A DNA stretch of 64,000 bases from Convolutriloba macropyga. Its lineage: Eukaryota. The position numbers and the translations under genes were made by a program. Positions 38,633 through 47,624 of the stretch are shown one piece after another (position 1 is the first letter of the stretch; the number at the start of each line of letters is the position of its first letter). The notes below the pieces were generated by a model, which was not told the origin of the DNA, did no database searches, and was given only the letters and a program-made list of their open reading frames with translations. The DNA lies in the NCBI RefSeq assembly GCF_964194025.1, contig NC_134469.1:3534001-3598000 (forward strand), written 5' to 3'.

Positions 38633-41441
38633 TATATATAGAGCACACATAGGAAACTGGTATGGAGGAATTAAAACAAAAATGGAATATCAGGCAACAA
38701 GCAAAGGAATAAAATTAAGTGGCCAAACACTCAGAGCAGCCTTCCCTCCTCCTCGGTGGCGCTTATCGAAGTCTCATGAGAACACGAGACTTGAGGACGC
38801 GACATCCCCTCAGGCAGAGATCACAGCTCTACAGAATTGCGAAGCTGGTTTTCGTTCGGATGTAGTATATAGTGTCGGCGCTTGGCTCTTCGCGTTTTCG
38901 CTGATCTTGGTTGCAAGTTGTTTCATAACGCGCGATAATGATGGCCCAGCACCGCCGAGCAAGCGAACGCCAGTGCGTTGAAGCTGCTGTTTCAGTTTTG
39001 CGGCTTCGCTCGTCGCATTTATTTCGCTTGATGCTCTCGCGACATTTGTATGCATCTTTTATGGTCTTCGGGCAGCTCTTCGCATGAGGGTTCAAAATCT
39101 TCACACCGATGAAAGTGCGATTGAAACGAGGGCCCCACAAACTGTTTGCATTGATGTCCAGTCGAGCGTCATCATCAGTAAAAGTGGAATTACTCGAGAA
39201 AATTTCTCCATCGATTGAATGAAGTTTTGGCTCTATCTGGACATCGTGGCAAACGTCATCCATCAGGTTTGCGAACACGTCTCTGATTTCGTTGTGTCGT
39301 AGGTGCGTATATCCGCCTTTGGCGCAATGTAGGGAATGAGTGAGGCTATATTTTTTCCCGCATGTGCATTTGGCTGGCGTGTTCTTTGTTTCCCAGGTGT
39401 AGCGAAGTGCTATTCTATCACGGAACTAAGTCTTCGCGAAACAAAAATCATGTTATGATAACGGAAAGGCGTTAAGCCAGCTAGTTGCTCCTTTCTCCGA
39501 GGCCAGCTGGATGGTATACTTCATTTCTGGTAGACTCTTTTCAGCTCTAGATTTTTCTAGATGAGTTCACGTTGCATGTCTGCTTTTTGTCTGAGACTGA
39601 TCTTGTTTTTTTAAATTCACCTTGATGATTTTCGAATGAATCATCACTGAATGACGCCAATGGACTCCAAGTTCAATGACGCCAAGTTCAATTGATTGCT
39701 TAAGGTTTTTATGAAGATCTTGTGGGAGGGCGATGTTAAGCCCACCAATTCTGAGAGGGAGAGAAAAAAGCTCCCTTTCCTCTTGAATTATTTCTTTGCC
39801 GACTATGTTCGGTATGACTCGGCCAAGGTGCTCCTCCACCTTGTCGAAAAACCCATTCAGGGAAGGTGTGGTACACGAAAAAAACTCATTTTCTGTTGAA
39901 TCCCTTTAGTCAAACAAGCATTGGCATTCTGGCGAGAGGTGAGAGCAAATTGACCAAGTCTGTCCAAACTTTTTTGTTTTTAATTTCTGCATCTTTCAGG
40001 AAGTTTTTACTGCCCTCAGGGCTTCCGATAACTGTTCCCACTACTCGAGCGCCCTGCGTGATTTCCACATTTGTGCCTGCAAACACAGATCAAGCTTGTC
40101 TCTCGCCTCCTGGATATCAACTGACACTTCGGAGAATTGACAAGATATCCATACTTGGGACCAAACTGAGTGAGTGTTAGCGAGTCTTGTTATTAGGAGT
40201 CGGATTGCGATTCCATTTATTGCCATCGCAAGGGGTTCACCTTGTGTCTTACTCTCCTGGACCAGAATGGTCGACTTACCGAAGTAGAGATAAGACGGGT
40301 GGCTATAGGAAATTTGTAAGGCAAAATGCAAAAATGGGCATAATACTTTCAAGTTCTTTGATTCTGTTCGTCTAATGAGCACGTTAAATGTGTGTTTGGC
40401 ATCAAATAGAGGAAATGATCCGTTTTCGGGATCATCAAAACTGTGGCGAAGCGAATCTATAGCATGTTCTATGCCGCATTTCTGGCCCAAGCACATATTT
40501 CTACCGAGGGATGTTAAATCTTGCCTGATGCAGTCGACGATTATGCTTTCGGTGGTGTGACGCATTATTTCACCAATACCAAAAGGTCTCACAACTGTAC
40601 ATTTACCCAGAGCCACTAGTCGGGTTGCCCTTCAGGATGTTTGTCGCGTAAAATCTTGTGTAAAACCAGTCTACCGTCTATAAGATTGGTTGGTGCAAGC
40701 ACGCCCACTTTAAGCTCACCCGAGAGAATGCGAATAGTATTACTGATCTTAACACGAGACTTGAAATCTTCGAATATTTTGAGGTCAGAGTGCTGCTTTT
40801 TGTACCTTGAGTTTATTCTCATTTGGATTGCCGTCGCTTCACAAAACAGTTCGGAGAAGTTGCCACTGTGCCATGCACGCCGTCTAAGCTTGCTGGTCTT
40901 ATTGTTCGATCCATCGTCCGTATTCTTTGTTCGACTAAGGGTTAGGTGCGGAAGTATCCTACAGAAGGTCTGAGATATATCTGATCTATCCGTGTTTACG
41001 GCAACTGGGGAGAGGACACTGTGAAGGGCTTCGGTGAATTGTTCTCCTTTCTTGTTCTTAGAACGAGGGTGAAGAACGAGGGCTTCCATGTGACGACGTC
41101 GCAGTATATTTTGCACATTGTTGCAGCGTGATGAGACTGGAAGTTGTCCCGAAATTTATCCGATGGTGCCGCGGTGGAACTTTCGGGGGCGTGCGATGTT
41201 GCAGGTTCTATGAGTGCAGTGTCGAGAACGGTCAAAGCATTGTGTGGTTCCGGCGTTGCGATTGCTTTTTTGGTGGCTGCGTGACCTCAAAGAAGCTTTT
41301 GCAGCTGAAGTTTTCGGTCCAATCTTTCGTTGTGGCTAGAGCACTGGATTTCACTTGAAAATATTTATAATACGTACGACACGAGACGCTTCCCCTACGC
41401 AGGGGGCCCTTGCAGAGTAGACAATAGGTTTGATCAGCCAT
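38422..41441 (-). mobile_element. CRE-like non-LTR retrotransposon, longest copy C (PHD-like finger, RT, CCHC knuckle, RLE), decayed
   Basis: ATG at 41441: MADQTYCLLCKGPLRRGSVSCRT..YFQVK..FSCKS (decayed PHD-like); RRRAWHSGNFSELFCEA; LRDKHPEG; VRPFGIGEIMR; TQGEPLAM; CTCGKKYSLTHSLHCAKGGYTHLRHNEIRD (~39280-39370); EPKL..ARLDI..VKILNP; stop at 38731. Confidence 0.9.
38579..38640. repeat. (TA)n microsatellite
   Basis: Direct observation. Confidence 0.95.
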
Positions 41442-41483
41442 CAGACTACGGGCTAGGAGTGAGGAAGGGTGCACTGAGGGTGA

Positions 41484-42077
41484 CTAGATTAAGTAAACTG
41501 CAAACGCGTAATAACAGCAATGATATTTAAAGTATTGAATGATATTAAACAGAATGATTGTGGAAACATGGCTTCCATGGAAGGAGAAGTGCACGGTTTC
41601 TCTACAGAACATGGTAGGTTTAAGAACATTTCTAAATGAGGGTGAAACAGTGAACAAATTTAAGGCACAAGAATCAACATAGTTACACAAAGCGTAGTTA
41701 AGGGCGCTGATTTTCTTTTTTATGAGGCCATTGCAGCTGGTGGGTATAATTTTGGGAACAATAAAATTATTTGGGCTAAATTTAACAATGATGAGCTGAA
41801 TGAGGAATTTCCAATGCTCTATAAAAGTTTCAATACTACAAAGGCGAGTCAATACTAATGTGATACTTCAATCATGAAAGCCAGCAATTACCACAACAGT
41901 GTTCAGCTTCTGATTTGAGTATTGATTGATGACATCACAGAGATCCAGCAGTTTAGCACCTCGATAGGAGTGAACACAATCCTGTACTTGACCCTCGTCT
42001 ACATATTTCGTACAAGAAGTACCCCAGACCAAGTCCGAGCAGCTGGAGGGAAGAGGGTTGGCATCAAGACGTCCCAT
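41484..42077 (-). pseudogene. SGNH/GDSL esterase-like ORF of retrotransposon ORF1 type, interrupted by one stop at 41868
   Basis: All four SGNH blocks in order: LVWGTS, HSYRGAK, VVVIAGFHD, FCRETVHFSFHG. Confidence 0.75.
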
Positions 42078-42272
42078 TCACGGAGTCTGCTAACATTCAA
42101 AACACAAGAAATTGTTCTATAAATGTAATCAGTTAGAGTGATACGACCTGATGCGATGAAGGAAGATGGTTGGTATCAAAACATCCCATTCATGGAGCCT
42201 GCTGACGTTCAAAAGCACAAGAAATTGTTCTATAAATGAATTCAGTTAGAATGATAAGACCTGATGTGATGA
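42060..42272. repeat. Diverged tandem duplication (~115-bp period) upstream of the esterase domain
   Basis: cccattca.ggag.ctgct.ac.ttcaaaa.cacaagaaattgttctataaatg...cagttaga.tgata.gacctgatg.gatga occurs twice. Confidence 0.85.
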
Positions 42273-42660
42273 GTCGGAGTGTGAGATTGGTGCACTCGCC
42301 TCTGGCTCGGGTGGCGTGGCTTGAAAAGGTGTAGGTTTGATTCAGACCAGCGCGCATACGTATTTGAACATACAGCGGAGGTAAATTTGTTCTCTAATAA
42401 GTTTATCACAAGCTATTAGGCTATTACCCTAGAATAACCCTAGAAATACAAAAACAAGGCCAAAGTAGAAAAATCCGGAAAAAGATTGTTTTTAAAGAAA
42501 TTGATAGCAGGTGTAAATAAAAGTTGTAAATAGCCTAAATATTGTATATTGGAAAAAAATTGATTTAATTGTTTAGAATGGTTCCTAGAATTGTTCTAAT
42601 GGTGGTGTCAGACAAATGTAAATACATATTCATTTTATCCTTCAGCAATTTGTGAAACAG

Positions 42661-42706
42661 TTTTAACCTGACGATGAACGTAAAGTTCGAAAACGTTTGT
42701 TTTAAA
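42661..42706 (+). ncRNA. Minimal type I hammerhead ribozyme-like motif (Penelope pLTR type)
   Basis: ttttaac CTGACGA t GAAC gtaaa GTTC GAAA acgt tt gttttaaa: CUGANGA core, 4-bp stem II, GAAA, palindromic AACGTT stem III, UH site, weak stem I. Confidence 0.6.
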
Positions 42707-42902
42707 TACCGGAAGTAATTTTAATTTGACAAATTGGTTTCTTTTACATCATATAACACATGTTTTAGCTGGTGGTTATCAACTGGCCGAGGTCCTTTTG
42801 TTTATTATGAATTGGTAGTTGTTGCTACATTTCTGTGCGGTTCATAAACGGTTCACGAGGGTTGATGAAATAGGTTTGCAATTCAGAACAAAAACAGTTT
42901 AT

Positions 42903-42937
<35 letters not shown>

Positions 42938-43893
42938 TTTTTAATAGCCGCCCTCATCTTCTCAGTCGGCTATTTTAGTGCTCCTATTTTTTTTGATTCG
43001 ACGAACTTTTTTATCGCTTTACCCATTTTCTTGCTTTTTCGACATTTTGCGTGAATTCTCTTGACTTCTATAGGCTAGTTTCACTCTTCTCTCGTTCTGC
43101 TCAAAGTCCTTTAAGGCAGCAGCTGCTCAGCAAAGCAATTCAAAATGAAGAGAGTCAGGATAAAAAAAATCAAAGTCAGTAATAGAAACGGGATAAACCT
43201 ATAAAGCCAATTTTTAGATGCTTGGTAATTGAACTTTGTTATCATAAGTTTTAGTTACTATCTTTAATGTTTATTGGTATTGATACTAGACCCTGAAGCC
43301 TCTCAGGGAGAGACAGGAGTATGTTCAATTACGAAATGACATCAAAATAAATCGCACTTAATGTTTTTATTTAAAAATCGATTTTTGTTGTTATTGTCTT
43401 TTCTTTTTAAAACAAAAATCAGCTTCGCACTTCTGAGGAGCTGTGTTCTCTGCTTGAGGGGATGTCGTGCCCTCAAGCCTCGTGTTCTCAGTGAGACTTC
43501 GATTAGCGCCGTCGTGGAGGAGGGAAGGCTGCACTGAATGTCTGGCTGCTTATCTTTATTCATTTGCTTATTCCTTGATGTTCCATTTTTATTTTAATCC
43601 TTCCATTCTAGTTCCCTATGTGTGCTATATATATACATATAGGTGCTTTCCTCTCCACTTGTTATTTTTTTTGTGACTGGGCCGTCTTTACACTGTCTGG
43701 AGGGGAACAGCTTGGAGTGCAGTATCCGGCTACTAAGTGCTACTCATCATGCCCTATTTTTCGACCTACATCCATCGATGCCGGATGGTGTACACGGCCC
43801 TTTATTGTTTTGTTTTATTGTCTTTTCTTTTTCAATCCCAATAGAGTTATGGGAATCAACTGCGGCTATTTTCCGGCAATCTGCCGGGTATGT
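42938..43893 (+). mobile_element. Helentron/HINE-like non-autonomous element
   Basis: 5' subterminal AATAGCCGC (42943) with a nearby inverted copy CGGCTATT (42967); 3' subterminal GCGGCTATT (43862) followed by hairpin CCGGCA-atc-TGCCGG (43873-43887); T-run termini in an (ATT)n context. Confidence 0.7.
43409..43814 (+). mobile_element. Short 5'-truncated CRE-like insertion with an 18-bp TSD
   Basis: Encodes the ORF C-terminus KTKISFALLRSCVLCLRGCR..EEGRLH* plus the full 3' UTR homologous to copies A-C; flanked by ttattgtcttttcttttt at 43391-43408 and 43815-43832. Confidence 0.88.
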
Positions 43894-44270
43894 TTAATAA
43901 TTTTAATATTAATTATTATTATCGTGCAACTTCATTCAGTAACCGAATCGAACACAAGGAAAAAGGTCTGAAGTTTTTTTCTAAACCATCCCTTGGTTAA
44001 TTGTGTATTTATATAATAATCAGTCATTCAGCAAAAATACCGTAGTTTGCAGCGATATTTGTCTTGTGTTCAAGTATTTACGTCTTAAATTCTTGCTTGA
44101 GTTCTTGGTAAAGCAATTTGGGCAACTTTTTGTATGAAACGATTGAAAATTTCAGCCGCTATTTATTGGGAACAACTGGCGTGCTGACTGAATTTCCACA
44201 GAGTGAAAAACATCCACTCACTTTTTGATTTATTTATAGGTCAATATGACATATTAGTAATACGTAAAAT

Positions 44271-47200
44271 ATGTCTCGAGATGACGCGGGAGGTAGTTCA
44301 GGTCACTCGTCGCAGCGCAGAGTCAAGCGGAAAATTAAATCGCCACAGAAACCTCCCGAAGCTAAAAAGTCATGTTCCCAATATACGTGCAGATCTCTGC
44401 TAGACTTGTGCGCAGAGGTGGTTGCAGTCAGCATTCCATTTCAAACAGTTGAGGACAGATTTTCTCCAGTTCCCGAAGCGGTGCAGCTGCGAATCATCTA
44501 TTGGTCATTCCCGAGAAACGAGGATGAAATTCGGATGTATTCATCTATCTCCTCGATTGGTGCTAATAACGACACAATGAAGTATACGAGTGCGTTCTCA
44601 ACTTCAGTCGAAAATAGCTCAGGTCCTAAGCAGCAATTCAATCGTGCAGTTCGACTCCTAAACGAGGGAAATGTACGAGAGGCGCTTCAAATTGGATTCC
44701 ATCTAAGTGGAAACATAAACTGCCCTAATACGAAACCAAGTGCTTCCGATTTTGACTTTCTTAACGACGAAAAGCAATACAAAGTGTCAATCAACTTCGA
44801 CAGATGTAAAATCACATCAGTATCCTGCACGTGCGATAACAAAGACATATTCTGGTGTCCGCACGTGGTTGCCTTAGCTTTGTTCCGGATACGGTGCCCT
44901 AATGAAGTCAAGTACCGTCTTCCAATTTCTGAATCCCTTTGTCAAATGACCAAGGACCAGCTTCAGAAGCTTTGCATGTATACCATAGCCGCTCATCATA
45001 GGGATATTTTGCCAACATGCCAGCAGATTGTGGATTCACTTCTAAGCCCGAGTTCCAAAATCAGTGTTCTAGCTGGCTACCCTGACCCTACGGCCGGTGC
45101 ATGTAAGGATGATGAAAATTGCTACTTCATTGACGAGAGTCAGGTTCAGGAACAAGTTCGGTTCTATCTTTCACAAGGTGGCTATTACAACTCAGCGAAA
45201 CAACTTAAGTGCATGTTCTCCAAAATCAAAGAGATGCTTAAAGCACGCGACACGAATGGGCCACGTATGCTAAAACTAATAACACTGGAGTTCATGGCCG
45301 ATCCAAAGCTAAAAATTTGGCATACCCAAGGAAGTGCAATGACCGAGAAATCCAGAATTCTCTGGGACACACTGGGGTACATGTGGCTTATGGTTGTCTT
45401 TAACCCTTTATGCCCGACCGCCCTCAGAAATGACTGGAAGGGATCTCTGCTGGAGTGGCATTCAAAGCCAGAATGTCCTCTCGAAAACCCCGATCTCCCA
45501 AATTTGGATTCCCTCGCTGAAGATAAGCGAACTGTTTTCAGCAGAGCTTTGGATACTTATTCTTTCTCGTGGGATGAGTCGCCTCTACAGACACTGCTTA
45601 GGAAACAACGAAGAGCTAGCACTTCTGGTAATTCAGCTGGAAAATCGACAGACTTACGCTATTGGGACGAAGATATCGCTATTGCTACTTGCCGCGTGGA
45701 CACACTTCGATGTAACGGATTTGAAAACGAGTCATTAGTTCTTGCCCTTGCAGTAATCCGCAGTCTGAGGAGACGTCTGCGAAAAAAGGTTAACAAGTCA
45801 CGCAGAAGTGATGAACCTATCCTCGACTCGGCAGAGTCCTGGGTTGGGAATCCTTCCGAACCCATTTTGGCTCTGGTCGATCTACTTCTGGAAGTTAGCG
45901 AAGACAGTTCCGCATCTCCTGCCAAATTTGTTCACATTCCAATTCCAGACGGATTGAGTCCTCGATCTGCCACTGAGGAGGACTCCTACCTTTGTCTGGC
46001 ATTCGAAGTTGCAATTCTTGGACTGAGCCAGCATCGATTGCTCCCTGCTGGTTTATACGCTCAGGAACGGCTTTGCAGAGCCGAAGAGATGATAATTTCA
46101 AAACTTTCCAACGTCAACATGGACAGCAGAATTGTGCGAACTTTAGTTACGGTTTCGAAGGCCTTGATGAAAGGATTTAATAACGGACTCGCTTTGCAAG
46201 TGCACGCTGAAAGCGTTCCTATGCAAATTTTGTGTAAGTATTTGTTCGAAATGTTGGTTCATGTTGAAAGGGAGTTAGCGTTTGATATCGGAGTCCTAGG
46301 GCTCAGACTTCCGGTGACTGACAATAACCAATCGACTGATGATACTGAAAGTTTAATGTTCAATGCGGAGAACACACGATGGTACACACTCGGAAATTTT
46401 CAGTCTCGTCAAGTCGAGCTCGCTCTTGCAATGTTCATAGGAGCTAACGATAACATGCCTTTCATCAAGAAAGTTTTAGACGCCGTCCAATGTCATCTCA
46501 AAAGTGCTTCTCATTTATTTTCCCTCGCTCAGGACATTCACAAGAAGGCTACAAGTGGGACTATTGAGAGTGACTGTAAAAAGACACTGTTGAACGTGGC
46601 ATTTGAACTTGGTCTTCAGTTGTTGAGAATTACTTTAAGAGCGGCGACTTGGCGTCGAAGTGAAATGGTAGCCTGGCAGATCAAATGTGCAATGGACGTT
46701 GGTGCTGGAGCGTTGATTTCTATGATGCAATCTTGGTCTAATTTCTTAACTCCAAAAGAAGCTACGAACAATCTTTCTTCAACAGTTATGAACAGAGATA
46801 CGCCGATGAGACTGCAGCTAAATTTCACTCAAATTCAGGAACTGAAAAACTGCACCCGAACTTTAGTCTTGCAGTGTACGAGAAAAGACCCGGCTAATTG
46901 TGCAGTATATGCCCTCACGTTTTGCGAAAATGACAGGCAAGCTTTTGAAGCGGCCTACAGTATCATTCTCGAAGCATCGCCAAATACTTTGCCCGCTAAT
47001 CAGCTGTTCACAATTGCCCGCTTCCTAGAGCAAAGAATGCACAGGTACAGGGCTTTCAAACTGTCCAACCTTGCGTTGAAGAGACTCAAAATTGGAGCTA
47101 GCCAAGAAACCCACCAATCTGTCAATGATGTTCACTGGGCAGTAGCTATTAGTTTCCAGCTTGGCCGAACTGAAATAGTCACAACTTTGAGACAAGTTAT

Positions 47201-47624
47201 TAGCAGTGTACAGTGCGCAAATGTGCTCTCAGACATTCTACGACGTTGCACGATGTCGGCTCCAAATGTTCTGGAGAGCTCAAAGCGATCTGGATCCAAG
47301 TCGCCAGGTGGCGGGTCATCAAGTCGCTTTCTCGCAATCAATCAAAGTCCGCTAAATGAGCTGTTAGAAGCTACGCTGAATGCTTACCTCTCAGGAATCA
47401 CGTCAAGATTGCAACATATTAGTCCCAGACACTACACGGATTTCTTGACCTTGCTCCACAAGGCACGTCATACGTTTAACTTAGCCCCGAATGGACGTCA
47501 GAGGTTCGCCCAGTTAATGGAAAATTTGATGACGTCACATAAGGGTAAAAAGAAGTTGATGCAGCTTATCAGACAGACATTCCCGACGTTTGCCATTGAC
47601 GGGCCTACTACCTCCCGAGTGTAA
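44271..47624 (+). CDS. ZSWIM4/5/6: Zinc finger SWIM domain-containing protein, ZSWIM4/5/6 family; single coding exon
   Basis: Intact 1117-aa ORF. N-terminal SLLDLCAEVV...VPEAVQLRIIYWSFPRNEDEIRMYSS; SWIM finger SCTCDNKDIFWCPHVVAL; PDPTAGA; C-terminal HISPRHYTDFL...KGKKKLMQLIR, all characteristic of ZSWIM4/5/6. Confidence 0.95.
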   Translation: MSRDDAGGSSGHSSQRRVKRKIKSPQKPPEAKKSCSQYTCRSLLDLCAEVVAVSIPFQTVEDRFSPVPEAVQLRIIYWSFPRNEDEIRMYSSISSIGANNDTMKYTSAFSTSVENSSGPKQQFNRAVRLLNEGNVREALQIGFHLSGNINCPNTKPSASDFDFLNDEKQYKVSINFDRCKITSVSCTCDNKDIFWCPHVVALALFRIRCPNEVKYRLPISESLCQMTKDQLQKLCMYTIAAHHRDILPTCQQIVDSLLSPSSKISVLAGYPDPTAGACKDDENCYFIDESQVQEQVRFYLSQGGYYNSAKQLKCMFSKIKEMLKARDTNGPRMLKLITLEFMADPKLKIWHTQGSAMTEKSRILWDTLGYMWLMVVFNPLCPTALRNDWKGSLLEWHSKPECPLENPDLPNLDSLAEDKRTVFSRALDTYSFSWDESPLQTLLRKQRRASTSGNSAGKSTDLRYWDEDIAIATCRVDTLRCNGFENESLVLALAVIRSLRRRLRKKVNKSRRSDEPILDSAESWVGNPSEPILALVDLLLEVSEDSSASPAKFVHIPIPDGLSPRSATEEDSYLCLAFEVAILGLSQHRLLPAGLYAQERLCRAEEMIISKLSNVNMDSRIVRTLVTVSKALMKGFNNGLALQVHAESVPMQILCKYLFEMLVHVERELAFDIGVLGLRLPVTDNNQSTDDTESLMFNAENTRWYTLGNFQSRQVELALAMFIGANDNMPFIKKVLDAVQCHLKSASHLFSLAQDIHKKATSGTIESDCKKTLLNVAFELGLQLLRITLRAATWRRSEMVAWQIKCAMDVGAGALISMMQSWSNFLTPKEATNNLSSTVMNRDTPMRLQLNFTQIQELKNCTRTLVLQCTRKDPANCAVYALTFCENDRQAFEAAYSIILEASPNTLPANQLFTIARFLEQRMHRYRAFKLSNLALKRLKIGASQETHQSVNDVHWAVAISFQLGRTEIVTTLRQVISSVQCANVLSDILRRCTMSAPNVLESSKRSGSKSPGGGSSSRFLAINQSPLNELLEATLNAYLSGITSRLQHISPRHYTDFLTLLHKARHTFNLAPNGRQRFAQLMENLMTSHKGKKKLMQLIRQTFPTFAIDGPTTSRV

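Noticed and set aside
33901-38640. (TA)n tracts as the insertion target of the CRE-like element
   Set aside because: Element sequence continues on both sides of the tract in all four copies, so the tract is internal.
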